The notes: generated by a model not told the origin, from the letters alone. 63,818 bases of DNA, filler included, from Octopus bimaculoides (GCF_001194135.2; 8 parts of 7 records of this genome joined end to end with filler, not necessarily neighbours in it); one strand, 5' to 3'. Counted from the first letter of the whole stretch, positions 26,070 to 40,449 are shown. Numbers and translations are program-made.

Positions 26070-29000
26070 NNNNNNNNNNNNNNNNNNNNNNNNNNNNNNN
26101 NNNNNNNNNNNNNTTAATTAATTAANNNNNNNNNNNNNNNNNNNNNNNNNNNNNNNNNNNNNNNNNNNNCCTGCCCCAACATCGCTTGACAACCGATGCT
26201 GGTGTGTTTACGTCCCCCGTAACTTAGCGGTTCGGCAAAAGAGACCGATAGAACAAGTACTAGGCTTCCAAAGAATAAGTCCTGGGGCCGATTTGCTCGA
26301 CTAAAGGCGGTGCTCCAGCATGGCCGCAGTCAAAAGACTGAAACAAGTAAAAGAGTAAAAGAGTAAACGTTATTAGGAATTGCATAAAATATTGGTAAAA
26401 TAGAGTGTGTGTGGTAAGAAGCTTGCTTCCCAACCATGGGTTCAATCCCACTGCGTGTGTCTGTATGTTTGAGTTTTGTCCTGTGCCATTGCTTAGCAAC
26501 TGGTGCTGGTTTGATTACATCCCTGTAACTTGGCAGTTCAGCAAAAGCCAATAGAATAAGCACGAGGCCTTAAAAAATAAGTGCTGGGGGGTGATTTGAG
26601 TCAACCATTCAAGGCGGTGCCCCAGCATGGCCACAGTCCAAAGATTGAAATGAGTGAAAGATAAAAGAAGATATTTTGACAAGGAAATAATTAAAACTTT
26701 CTAAAGCTTAGTTCTTTAAATTTTTTTAGCATTTAAACTAGCCAGGTTCAGCCTCTTACACCTACCCTACAATGTCATTCTAAAAATAAACATAATCACA
26801 TCATTGAAATTTTGAAGTTATGAGATAATGCAGGATTAATTCAAAACAATGTGAATAAATAAAGATTAGATTTTAGAGAATATTCTGAATGCTGAAGGAG
26901 CATTCTTTTACTTGTTTCGGTCATTTGACTGCGGCCATGCTGGAGCACCGCCTTTAGTAGACTTATACTTTGGACGCCTAGTACTTATTCTATCAGTCTC
27001 TTTTGCCGAACCGCTAAGATACGGAGACGTAAACACACCACCATCGGTTGTCAGGCAATGTTGGGGGGACAAACACAGACACACAAACATACACACACAC
27101 ATACATACATATATATATATATATATACACATATACGACGGGCTTCTTTCAGTTTCCGTCTACCAAATCCACTCACAGGCTTTGGTCGGCCCGAGGCTAT
27201 AGTGGAAGACACTTGCCCAAGGTGCCACGCAGTGGGAATGAACCCGGAACCATGTGGTTGGTAAGCAAGCTACTTACCACAGCCACTCCTGAAATATCAA
27301 TTTCAATTTATTATTTCNNNNNNNNNNNNNNNNNNNNNNNNNNNNNNNNNNNNNNNNNNNNNNNNNNNNNNNNNNNNNNNNNNNNNNNNNNNNNNNNNNN
27401 NNNNNNNNNNNNNNNNNNNNNNNNNNNNNNNNNNNNNNNNNNNNNNNNNNNNNNNNNNNNNNNNNNNNNNNNNNNNNNNNNNNNNNNNNNNNNNNNNNNN
27501 NNNNNNNNNNNNNNNNNNNNNNNNNNNNNNNNNNNNNNNNNNNNNNNNNNNNNNNNNNNNNNNNNNNNNNNNNNNNNNNNNNNNNNNNNNNNNNNNNNNN
27601 NNNNNNNNNNNNNNNNNNNNNNNNNNNNNNNNNNNNNNNNNNNNNNNNNNNNNNNNNNNNNNNNNNNNNNNNNNNNNNNNNNNNNNNNNNNNNNNNNNNN
27701 NNNNNNNNNNNNNNNNNNNNNNNNNNNNNNNNNNNNNNNNNNNNNNNNNNNNNNNNNNNNNNNNNNNNNNNNNNNNNNNNNNNNNNNNNNNNNNNNNNNN
27801 NNNNNNNNNNNNNNNNNNNNNNNNNNNNNNNNNNNNNNNNNNNNNNNNNNNNNNNNNNNNNNNNNNNNNNNNNNNNNNNNNNNNNNNNNNNNNNNNNNNN
27901 NNNNNNNNNNNNNNNNNNNNNNNNNNNNNNNNNNNNNNNNNNNNNNNNNNNNNNNNNNNNNNNNNNNNNNNNNNNNNNNNNNNNNNNNNNNNNNNNNNNN
28001 NNNNNNNNNNNNNNNNNNNNNNNNNNNNNNNNNNNNNNNNNNNNNNNNNNNNNNNNNNNNNNNNNNNNNNNNNNNNNNNNNNNNNNNNNNNNNNNNNNNN
28101 NNNNNNNNNNNNNNNNNNNNNNNNNNNNNNNNNNNNNNNNNNNNNNNNNNNNNNNNNNNNNNNNNNNNNNNNNNNNNNNNATATATATATATATACACAT
28201 ATACGACGGGCTTCTTTCAGTTTCCGTCTACCAAATCCACTCACAGGCTTTGGTCGGCCCGAGGCTATAGTGGAAGACACTTGCCCAAGGTGCCACGCAG
28301 TGGGAATGAACCCGGAACCATGTGGTTGGTAAGCAAGCTACTTACCACAGCCACTCCTGCGCCTGGATGATACATGAAAAATTACTTTGAATTTTTTTAG
28401 TAATGCCTGACGATGAGCCAAGTCTCATGCAGCCTACTTCTCACAAAACGATGCCTATACCTAGTTTAGAAAATTGTCTTTATAACATTTGCGAAGACCT
28501 GTTGAGGCAAGTGAAATCGAAATCGAACTAAATTCGACGACTGGCTCCCATGCCAACGTCTCCTTCATTGGACACTAAACTCGTCTTGCGAAGAACTGTT
28601 GGGGCAAGCGAAAGCGGAATCGTGATGGCACCTGTACCAGTGGAGCGCTAAGAGCACCGTTCGAGCGTGATCGTTGCCAGTTGAGCATGTCCTCAGTGGC
28701 TGACAATATGTGCATCTCTGATGATGAGCAGGAGTAGTAGGGAGAGCATCATAGCCTTGTGTTGAGAGGAATTCTTTGGGATTTGAATAAATATTGTAAG
28801 AAAAGCAATGTTTGAAGGAAATATTAGCCATTTTTCATACTTTCTCGGGGTAAGCAAATAGGAAACAAGAGTTGGTACCTAAGGATAAAAATCATGTTAC
28901 ACAGTATAATTTATAAACCTGACATACCATATCTAACAGCTTGTGAAATAATCCTTTTTTAAAAAAAAAAAAAAAATTAATCATGCATTATCTTGTAGCT

Positions 29001-29574
29001 TTGAGATTTTGATGAGGTAACTGTTTATTTTTAGAATGATAATGTAGGGNNNNNNNNNNNNNNNNNNNNNNNNNNNNNNNNNNNNNNNNNNNNNNNNNNN
29101 NNNNNNNNNNNNNNNNNNNNNNNNNNNNNNNNNNNNNNNNNNNNNNNNNNNNNNNNNNNNNNNNNNNNNNNNNNNNNNNNNNNNNNNNNNNNNNNNNNNN
29201 NNNNNNNNNNNNNNNNNNNNNNNNNNNNNNNNNNNNNNNNNNNNNNNNNNNNNNNNNNNNNNNNNNNNNNNNNNNNNNNNNNNNNNNNNNNNNNNNNNNN
29301 NNNNNNNNNNNNNNNNNNNNNNNNNNNNNNNNNNNNNNNNNNNNNNNNNNNNNNNNNNNNNNNNNNNNNNNNNNNNNNNNNNNNNNNNNNNNNNNNNNNN
29401 NNNNNNNAAGGGAAAAAAATGTTGGATTAGTAGCCACATAGTCGTGGGTTCAAATCTTACTTCTGTAGCCAATATATTACATGAAATACTGTCATTTTGC
29501 TATTAAGAATGTGTGTGTGTGTATACATGTACATATATATACCATGTATACACATACACACACATACATATGTA

Positions 29575-29606
<32 letters not shown>

Positions 29607-29693
29607 GTGAGAATTTACAAAAAAGCAAAAGACGAAGACGGGTGTGTAAACAACAAACAGATGTATTAGTTTAATGCTCGGGAAGTGAGAAAG

Positions 29694-29730
29694 TCTTTTA
29701 CATTTCGAGCCTACGCTCTTCGACAGAAAG
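29694..29730 (-). ncRNA. HHR-like motif, A6U core variant
   Basis: Minus strand CTTT-CTGTCGA-A-GAGC-GTAG-GCTC-GAA-ATGT-A-AAAG; lies in a repeat homologous to 62395-62581. Confidence 0.4.
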
Positions 29731-30344
29731 GAACACAGAAATAAACAGGGAGAGAAAATAGAAGAAGGTATAGTGGCTAGCGACCTATCATGGTGAATAT
29801 ATATGTATATATATATTCACGCACGCACACATATACATATAAGATAGGACAGAGATCGGGAGGGACAGATCAGATTGTAGGGTGGGGGGATGATATACAT
29901 GGAATAGTAGAGGTGTTGGTTTTATGAGGGTGGACAGCCCGTAGTGAGTAGGCTTGATGGGTGAGGTGAGGGATAACTGTAAGCACAGAAAGGAGGTGGC
30001 TGGAGAAGATAGTGTGAGTGAGGAAGGGAGGATAATGGGAATAAGGGATGGAAAGGGTTCCTATTTGGTGGGGAAGGTGTGTGTGTGTGTGTATGCACAA
30101 GCATGGCTGTGTTGTTAAGAAGTTTGTTCAGGTTCCGTCCCACTGCATGGCACCTTGGGCAACTGTCATCTACTACAGCGCCAGGCCAACCAAAGCATTG
30201 TCGGTGGATTTGGTAGACGGAAACTGGAAGAAACTCGTCGTATATATATCTTAGCAGACTTTATATCATACTAAAAGTATATATTCCATTGAAAGCCTTC
30301 TAAATTGTGGTACTTGTCTTGAGAAAACTTCTTTTAGAGGCATA

Positions 30345-30640
30345 TAGTGTCTGAATAACAGACAGGATGGTCATGGCTAGAATGTCTTTAATCGTAGGCC
30401 ACCTATTGTATGAGGGTTGACATGAGAGCGAAGTGTAGTCCTAGACACTGTTTCTGAAAAACAGACAGGATGGTCATCCCTGGATTGTCTTTGATCATAG
30501 GCTTCCTACCGTATGAGGGTTGACCTGGCAGCTAAGTGTTCTAAGACAGTCTGTCTGAATAACAGACAGGATGGTCATCGCTGGAATGTCTTCAATCATA
30601 GATCTGCTACTGTACCAGGGTTGATCTTTGGGCTAAAACA
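30345..30640 (+). repeat. Three-unit diverged tandem repeat, period about 101-103 bp
   Basis: ACAGACAGGATGGTCAT at 30358, 30461 and 30562. Confidence 0.8.
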
Positions 30641-30649
30641 ACATTATGA

Positions 30650-31031
<382 letters not shown>

Positions 31032-33631
31032 NNNNNNNNNNNNNNNNNNNNNNNNNNNNNNNNNNNNNNNNNNNNTTAATTAATTAANNNNNNNNNNNNN
31101 NNNNNNNNNNNNNNNNNNNNNNNNNNNNNNNTATGGTTGTTGTCTACTCTCTATGCAGAGTTTGACCACGTCCTGTACCTAAACCTTAGCACCATCTCGG
31201 CATCTGATGCGGATTTTTAAACCAGATAATTTTCTGAAAAGACACCCACAGAGATGACCCCGATTTGGACCACCAAGAAATGCAGATTAGTTCTGCTCTT
31301 TGTGGATCTTAAAATATATCTGTGTGCGTGTGCATGTGTGCGTGTGTGCATATTATTTTCTCCGTGTGTGTGTGTGCGTGTGTGTGTGTATGCATATTAT
31401 TTTCTCGACGCGCATGATACAATCATGAGCACTAAGAATTCATTCATTTACAGTAGCGCATCTACTGAAAGTAATCGATTCCTTAACAAGTTGCTTGTGT
31501 GTATTGAATAACATTCAGAAAGACTGGCGAATTGTATTCAGAATACTAGTTTTATTTCTTAGAAACTCGTTTGTTTAAACATATCGGCATTCCCACACTA
31601 CAGTTAGTAGCACTAAACCTGACTGTCACATATATAAAGCTTCGTCTAGAAGAGAAACGGTGAGTAAATCTATATATGCGTATAAATAATTCCATACACA
31701 TGCACAGAAACACACACACATATTTTTATATTGTATATATCAACTGCAACAATATAAAAGTGCAGATGCAGTATTCATAATACATAAGACACAAATCATC
31801 TGAGATATAAATAAAATCATAAGCCCTAAAACTGAAACAAACCATATACTCATAAGTAAGCTGAAATATATTGACCAAACACAATGCATTCAATTTATTA
31901 AAGCAGCTTCTATAAAGACTGAGAACGCGCAGCTGACAATTATTTTTCTAAATCATGTGTAAAATATCTAGAGAAAGTAACTTAAAATAGCACGCAAAGA
32001 GAGAATACGGAATCTCTACTTCAGTGAAACCATCATAGGTATCATGCGGTCCAACATTTTTATTGTTGATACTCACTTTCTTGATAATGAGAAGTTTTAA
32101 GCTATATATATTTTTTATCGTTGACTAATTTCATTGGAGTGTAGCCATGATGTCAGAAGGCCTTGAGGGGTTTCGTTAAAAAATATGAGATCTACATTTA
32201 TTATTTTAAATGGAATATAGATAATTGTTTTTATTGAAAGTATGTTATAGAGAAAATAATAGGCATTTAAAAAGAGTTTTNNNNNNNNNNNNNNNNNNNN
32301 NNNNNNNNNNNNNNNNNNNNNNNNNNNNNNNNNNNNNNNNNNNNNNNNNNNNNNNNNNNNNNNNNNNNNNNNNNNNNNNNNNNNNNNNNNNNNNNNNNNN
32401 NNNNNNNNNNNNNNNNNNNNNNNNNNNNNNNNNNNNNNNNNNNNNNNNNNNNNNNNNNNNNNNNNNNNNNNNNNNNNNNNNNNNNNNNNNNNNNNNNNNN
32501 NNNNNNNNNNNNNNNNNNNNNNNNNNNNNNNNNNNNNNNNNNNNNNNNNNNNNNNNNNNNNNNNNNNNNNNNNNNNNNNNNNNNNNNNNNNNNNNNATAT
32601 ATATATATATATATATATATATATACGTTCATAATTATATGTATACGACGGGTCTGTTACTCCTTCCGTCAAGCAAATCCACTCACAAGGCTCGGTCCAA
32701 CCGGGGTTTGGTCTTCAAGACATTTTTCTAATGATCCCCACAGTGTGGTTCGGCAGCATCTTATCGCGGTCACATTTGTTGATACATGCTTAAAAGATGG
32801 CCGATTGCTCGTTCTTGGCGATAGGATGTTGATGCAGGTACGTCCAATGACACCTGTATATTATGAGATGGATTGTGAGGAGAGGTGTTGTACATAACAA
32901 AACTCACTCTCTAAATAACGATTTCAGATACTCCAAAATGAAGAATTATTTGACATCATTTCCTGTCATTGAGTCGCTGATTTTATATCAGAGATTTGCC
33001 GTTCTTTGCTGATGTCCGAACAAGGACCAGAAGTTCGTCACTCCTAGTAATAAGGTACACCATGGCTACATTTTCAAGTGGAAGACCCTCTGCTGAGTGA
33101 ACTTTTCGCTGTCCATTGTTAAAAACATGTCCGTTCTCTGCGCAACCACTGTGTTTTCGGCACAAATCAACAGATTGCCGGTGACTACTGCTAGAAATAC
33201 TGGTGTGTTTGAGAAATACCAGAACGAAGATTGTTTATACAGCATTGGATGGCCATAGATTTTAAAGAATGTATCCGCCTTTTAATAGGTTTTGTTTTTC
33301 ATCTTGAAGGCATCCAATCACCATCCTCACTAAACAAGTTTAGTTGCCGAGGAATCCGACAATGGGGCAAGCTGTACTAGTTGCATATTAATAGTATGAC
33401 GCAGGAGTAACAAGTCACATTTATAAAAACATATATATATATATGTGTGTGTGTGTATATATATAGATAGATAGGTAGATTTATATATATAGATAGATAG
33501 GTAGATTTATATATATAGATAGATAGGTAGATNNNNNNNNNNNNNNNNNNNNNNNNNNNNNNNNNNNNNNNNNNNNTTAATTAATTAANNNNNNNNNNNN
33601 NNNNNNNNNNNNNNNNNNNNNNNNNNNNNNN

Positions 33632-33995
33632 NGTGAATTGAATGCTGGGATGTATGTTATTAAATATGGATTTGAATTCTAGAAGTTTTTCATAGGGTTC
33701 CTTCCATATGATGAAACAATCATCCAAGTATCTTTTCCAGTTATCCATTAAATAGATGTGGAAAAGGTGTCCAAATTTCTGGCGTGAGATTTCATATAGT
33801 GTTAATTCAAAAAAACCCATTATGAGGTTCGCAAGGACTGGTGCAGTTTTAGTACCCATCGCGATACCACATTTTTGGCGAAAGTATGTGTCTGCAAACA
33901 GGAAGTAATTATTGGTCAGAATGAACTTAAGTGATTCTATGATGAAGGTTGTGTTGATGCGATTAGGAAATGTTTCTGGGTGTTTGTGCAACCAG
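33632..33995 (-). mobile_element. Penelope-like element reverse transcriptase fragment
   Basis: FILTNNYFLF..YFRQKCGIAMGTKTAPVLANLIMG...WKRYLDDCFIIW...FNNIHPSIQF. Confidence 0.85.
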
Positions 33996-34019
33996 AATTT
34001 AATTGCCTCAATAGCATAT

Positions 34020-34200
34020 TCATGAAGGATATTTGTAATCTCTTATTTTTTTAAAAATACACCTCACATGTTCGAAATGCCGATCACAAGATTCACTTTT
34101 AATTAATACATCACCGAAGTATGGAATTGCAAATTGACAGTCCGCCAACATCGCATCGTATTTACATTTCAGGGGTGAGTGATTTAAGTCATAGTATTTT
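34020..34200 (-). mobile_element. Gypsy RT remnant
   Basis: DAMLADCQFAIPYFGDVLIKSESCDRHFEHVRCIFKKIRDY (degenerate YLDD region). Confidence 0.65.
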
Positions 34201-34387
34201 CCCATTATGCGCCAGTTTGGCTACGTAACATTGCAAGATTCAATCTGACTGTTAAGTATTATATATATTTGTATGTATGTATGTGTGTATGTATGTATGT
34301 GTGTATGTATGTATGTATACAATTATATATAAGTGTGCGTGTATATATAGTGAGAGATNNNNNNNNNNTGCGTGTATATATAGTGAG

Positions 34388-34458
<71 letters not shown>

Positions 34459-34821
34459 GAGACCGAGAGAGACTAAAATAACAATGTGTATAACATTTGT
34501 AATGTATAGACAAAAGTATTTTAATCTAATGGTGTTTCAATAGAAGTACTCACACTGATACCAATTTAAGCCTGTCCATCTTCCATACAAATAAGCGAGT
34601 GTTTTGTTTGGTAGTTTCTACACTGGAACGAAAGCTCCAACTTAGCTCATAGCGTTCATCACTGCAGAAGCTAAATGAGACTAACAATCTGTTGATTTTA
34701 CTCTGAGTGGGCTGTGTTTTTAACGTACAAAGCATATTGAGTGAAGTTTCTCTGAGCAAAATATTACAATTAGCTTTGTTCTATATTTGTATACATATAA
34801 TTCTATACACATCATTAAATA

Positions 34822-34861
<40 letters not shown>

Positions 34862-36313
34862 TTATCTGTCTGTGTTTGCGTGTGCATGCAATGTTTCTCT
34901 ATTCAGTTTTTTTTTCACACAAATTCCTCTTCAAAAGCATTGATCAACCCAAAACTCTGGTAGAAGACACTATCCGAAGCTGCAGCAATCTTTGTTCAAA
35001 CTCAGAGTCATATGGTTACAAGACCAACTACTTAATCCCACAGCCATGATGACAATCATCCGTAGCTGTCACCACATCTTGTATATTTGGATAAGATCTA
35101 TGATTTATGATTTAAAATTTCTGGAGTTCGTTTTGAAAACAATGGTGATATTATTAGTGAGCTGGTAGAATCGTTAGAACACTGAGGAGAATGCTTAGTG
35201 AATTTCATTTGTTTTCACGTTTTGAGTTCAAATTCCGCTGAAGTCAACTTTGCCTTTCATCCTTTTGGGGTGGATAAAATATGTATCAGTGGGCGCTGGG
35301 GTAGATGTGATTGACGTAACTCCTCTCCTGAAATTGCTGGCCTTGTGCCAAAATTTAAAGTCGATACTATTGTTATATTTAATAAAAAAAATAGTTTTAC
35401 AAATCGTGGTTTGGCGGGAGAATTGGTGAGAAGTCAATGAAATACCTAATGATATTTGATTAGAGTGTTTTACATGCTACATTAAAATCCCACCGAAGTC
35501 TACTTTAACTTTCCCCTTCCATACTCAATAAAATAAGCATTCGTTCAATATAATCAAGTACATTCTGGAAGGCATTGCTCCAGCATAGGCACAGTCCAAT
35601 GGCTAAACTTGATAAAGAACCAAGTATAAGAGAATCCCTCTTAGACAAAATTAAAAAAGCAGTTCACCCCATGAACACACACACACACACACAAACTTAC
35701 ATACTTATAGACATACTTACACTTATGCATGCATGTGTGTGTTTGTGTACATGTTTGTACGTATACATACATACATACATTATGGATTTATTCTCTTTTA
35801 AAGTTGTATTTCTCGGTTTACATCATTTGGAATTATTCTCTCACCCAACATAGGTGTAATGTGAGCATTGAATTGATTAAATCTTTATTATTGATTTGAT
35901 CAATATATTTGCAGCAATTCCCATTTGTAAATTCTATCTTATTTTTATTTTCTTGGGAGAATTCAAAGCTTGTACTTTTTCAATTTAAACACTTCCACAC
36001 CAAACAATTTCATGTTACGATGTACGATTTTACCAACTTATAATATTAGATAACTCAAAAAAATCAACAATAAATTAAGAAATCAAACTGATTAAATGCC
36101 CATTAATTCATTTTATTAAAATTGTAAGAATTATTCTGTAACCGATTCTATTCTATAAGTAACTCCTGCTGCAAAAAGTAGCAATTGCATGTACATTCAA
36201 ATCTTGGTCAGGTTAAGAAAACATTTCTTTTTATATTGAAAGAGTTGCTATGTTGTCTTATGCACACTAAAAACACACGTCCCCCCACACACATACACTA
36301 AATATTAAACACT

Positions 36314-36345
<32 letters not shown>

Positions 36346-36844
36346 GGCATGATAGGAAAAAAATTAGTGAATAAGAATAGCGTTTTACCTTTGCAAAGGT
36401 AATGTCAGTTAATCTGATATCATGATTTCGAAGTTAGGGCCTAAAGCACCTGATTCTTCTCAGTCAGATCTGCAAAAGACAACTACTAATATTCACCACT
36501 ACCATGCCTGTAATTCATTATATATTGTAAGGGACGACCGTGCGAACTCAAAAAGGAGAAATGGTGACGAATGGAAAAACAGAGGACTCCTTTTATTTAA
36601 GCGTGTCACACGGTCGAACACAATATATTATATATATCAAATGATGATATACTAATATGTTATGCGACGATAACATAGATGACCAGTAATGAAAGACCAC
36701 AACCGTATTAGATGAATAACAGAGATATTTATTATGGCGTTAAAAATGTATGTCTGTGTGAGAGTGTGAATGCGACCTATAAGAACATAATCAAAGACAG
36801 GCCGTCATACAAAGAAAAGTGTGTATGTGAGTGATACATGTGTG

Positions 36845-38440
36845 TATTGATGGATCTTCTACTCAAGCATGGCAATTTGCTGAAGGTCTCAGTCATTTGT
36901 CATTGCTTCTGTGGGGCCCAACACTTGAAAGGTGCATTTTATATGTCATCTGCATGGCTGCCAGTTATGTGACACTGGCATCGGCCATGACTACAATTTC
37001 ACATGACTTGATGGATCTTCTCAAGCATGGCATATCGCCAAAGGTCTCAGTCACTAGTCATTGCTTCTGTTAGACCTAACGTTCGATGATCAAGCTTCAC
37101 TACCTCATCCCATGGTCTACTCCTTCCACAGGTTCCCTCCACTGTTAAGAGATCAGTACTTCTTTACACAGCTGTCCTTGTCCATACACATCACATGACC
37201 ATACCAGCACAGTCACCTCACTTATAAACCACATTTGATTCCGCTTATGCCCAACTTTTTTCTCAAGACGATCACACTCTGTCGTACACTGACATTGCAC
37301 ATCCAGAAAAACATGCTAGCTTCATTTCTTTCAAGCCTACACATGTCCTCAGCAGTCACACCAGTTTCACTGGTGTGTAGCATAGCTATGTGCACACAGG
37401 CATTATACAGTCTGCCTTTCACTCTGAGGGAGAGGCCCTTTGTTGACAACAGAGGCAGGAGCTATTTGAACTTTGCCAAGTGTATTCTTATTCCCACAGC
37501 TATGCTCTCAGAGCATCCACTTCTGCTACTGACTTGGTCACCTAGATAACAGAAGTTATCAACTACCTCTAGCTTACCCACCTGTACATTTCCTGTACAT
37601 TTTTAGTGTTTATTATACCAGCACACTTTCCACACACAAAAATTATTTTCCCAGTTAACCTTCCTCTGAAATTGTTGTGCCTCTTATGTGTCCATAGCTT
37701 GCACTGGGTACATCTTATGGAATTTCTATCCATGCCTTTCCTACAGGTCAAGCTTGACCTGTAGGAAAGGCATGATATTTTATGCGTCTCAGTGATTATT
37801 CTTGGTGAGCCAGCGACTTTCTCTGTCTTCATATCCTACATGGTTTTGTCTACAATGCCACTGTCAATTCGGATTGCTGGTCCCTCTGTTGGATCAACAT
37901 TAGGCAGACTCTCCTTCTTCTATTAGTTTTCTACATTTAGTAGCCTTTCATAGTGGCACTTCCAAGCCTCTTTGCAGTGAACTGCAAGTGAGCCATCATC
38001 CAGGCAAACACACTTCTCTCCCACAACATCACAATTTTCCCTGGCACGCTCTCTTGTAAACCAAAATACTTCAAGCTGCTGTTCCTCACACTGCAGTACA
38101 TTGGTAAACTTCTTCCTTTCTGCTTCACTCCTGGTTAAGTACACCTACTTCATAGATTCTCTTATAGCTACCTGATATAGCTCCTTGCTATCACTACCCT
38201 TCCAGTTCTTCCAAGTCTGTTTTTTAGCTCTAATGGCCCTGTCAACTATATTGATCCACCACCATGTCACTCTAGGTCTGGTTGGGACTTTGCACTGTCC
38301 ACAAATTTGATTTGTGACTCTCAGTAAATTGTCTTGTTAGAACTTCCAGTTATCCTCTATATTGCAAGTTTGTAACTCCTCCTCTTTCTCATCAACTGCT
38401 TCAGTTAGGAAGTCCTTAAACCTCTGAGTATTTACATATA
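36845..38440 (-). mobile_element. RTE-clade LINE, internally deleted and degenerate
   Basis: Fragments EAWKCHYERLLNVEN, NSIRCTQCKLWTHKR and GLSLRVKGRLYNACV are colinear with the + copy at 45235. Confidence 0.85.
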
Positions 38441-38814
38441 AATTTAGTTACAAAAACCTGGCATCCTACCCAAATGGATTATCTTTCATTTCATAGCTTA
38501 GCAGCAGTATGGAAAGTTAACTTTCTTAACATTTGACACAGCTCAACAGCAGTCACAATAATTAAATTATGAACAGTTAATTGGCTTAAAATAGACATAG
38601 CTCAGCATCAGTAGCAAAAATTGAGTCATCAAGAATTCAATGTTTAACCATTCACTCAGCTCAGCAACAGTAACAATAATTAAGCAGTGAGCAGTTAACT
38701 GGTTTAATAATAGCCACAGTTCAGTACCAGTGACAATAATTGATTAAACCATAGTTCAACTTTTTATTGAAATCTTATTGAGTTGAGGTAATGAAAATTA
38801 ATCTTTCTACTTTG

Positions 38815-40320
38815 CCATCATTATCATCATCATCATCATTTAATGTCCACTTTCCATGCTAGCATGGGTTGGACGATTTGACTGAGGACTGGTAAACCAG
38901 ATGGCTGCACCAGACTCCAATCTGATCTGGCAGAGTTTCTACAGCTGGATGCCCTTCCTAATGCCAACCACTCCAAGAGTGTAGTGGGTGCTTTTACATA
39001 CCACCAGCATGAGGGCCAGTCTGATGGTACTGGCAACAGCCACACTCAAATGGTGTTTTTTATGTGCCACCTGCACAGAAGCCAGTTCGGCAGCACTGGT
39101 AATGACCTTGTTTGAATGTTTTTTCACATGCCACCGCTCAAATGGTGCTTTTTATGTGCCACCAGCACGGAAACCAGACAGCTGCTCTGGCAATGATCAG
39201 ATGGTGCTGTTAGCGCTCCACTGGCATGGGTGCCAGTCATCGAATTTGGTTTGCTTTCCATTTCACTTGCCTCAACAGGTCTTTGCAAACAGAGTTTAGT
39301 GTCCAATTAAGGAAAGGTTGGCACGGGTGCCAGTCGTCGAATTTGGTTCAATTTCAATTTCAATTTCACTTGCTTCAACAGGTCTTCACAAGAAGAGTTT
39401 AGTGTCCAATGAAGGAAAAGTTCGCATAAGTGCGCTGGTTTCTGCCCTGGCAAAGGCTATGGGTTATGGTCTCACTTGGCTTGCCGGGTCTTCTCACACA
39501 CAGCATATTTCCAAAGGTCTCGGTCACTAGTCATTGCCTCGATGAGGCCTAATGTTCGAAGGTCGTGCTTCACTACCTCATCCCAGGTCTTCCTGGGTCT
39601 ACCTCTTCCACGGGTACCCTCAACCGCTAGGGTATAGCACTTTTTCACACAGCTATCCTCATCCATTCTCGCCACATGACCATATCAGTGCAATCATCTC
39701 TCTTGCACACCACAACTGATGCTTCTGAGGTCCAACTTTTCTCTCAAGGTACTTACACTCTGTTGAGTATGCACACTGACATTACTCATTCATCGGAGCA
39801 TACTGGCTTCATTCCTTGCAAGCTTATGCATGTCCTCAGCAGTCACGGCCCATGTTTCACTGCCATGTAGTATGGCTGTTCATACACATGCATCATACAG
39901 TGTACCTTTTACACTAGTGGCCCTTTGTCATCAGCAGAGGTAAGAGCTCTCTGAACTTTGCCCAGGCTATTCTTATTCTAGCAGCTACACTTTCAGCGCA
40001 CCCTCCCCTGCTACAAACTTGGTCACCTAGGTAACGGAAGCTATCAACTACTTTTAGTTTTTCTCCCTGGAATGTGGCAGAAGTTGTTCTCTGCACATTT
40101 TCTGTGTTTATTGCTCCTGAGCATCTGCCACATACAAAAACTATCTTGCTAGTTAGCCTTCCTTTGATATTGCTGCACCTCTTATGTGTCCATCGCTTAC
40201 ACTGGGTACATTTTATAGAGTTTCTACTTACACCTTTTCCACAGATTGAGCAGGGCCATCTACCTCAAAAGACATTTGTTTCTATAGTGTTAAACAAATC
40301 TAACAAACATCTCTTTTTGT
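38815..40320 (-). mobile_element. RTE-clade LINE 3' portion with 3' UTR and (GAT)n tail
   Basis: LKVVDSFRYLG, RIRIAWAKFRELLPLL, GRGRPRKTWDEVVKHDL..DRDLWKYAV; tail at 38815-38838. Confidence 0.9.
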
Positions 40321-40449
40321 TTACAGGTCGATCACATAGATTTTACAAGCAAAAGATTTGAACTTGCTACTTTCATTACTTCCAGTTATTTTATTAAACC
40401 ACTTTGTGCTGAATAATTAGATCTAAGTGGACTTGTCCATTGTAAATTA

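Noticed and set aside
26114-26125. TTAATTAATTAA islands inside N runs (also near 31076, 33577, 48216, 57440, 59772 and 62649)
   Set aside because: The identical 12-mer is always embedded in gaps, so it is an assembly gap marker and not biology.
27100-28358. Apparent duplication of the SINE-C head across a gap
   Set aside because: Both copies share the same private indels, so this is probably one locus assembled twice.
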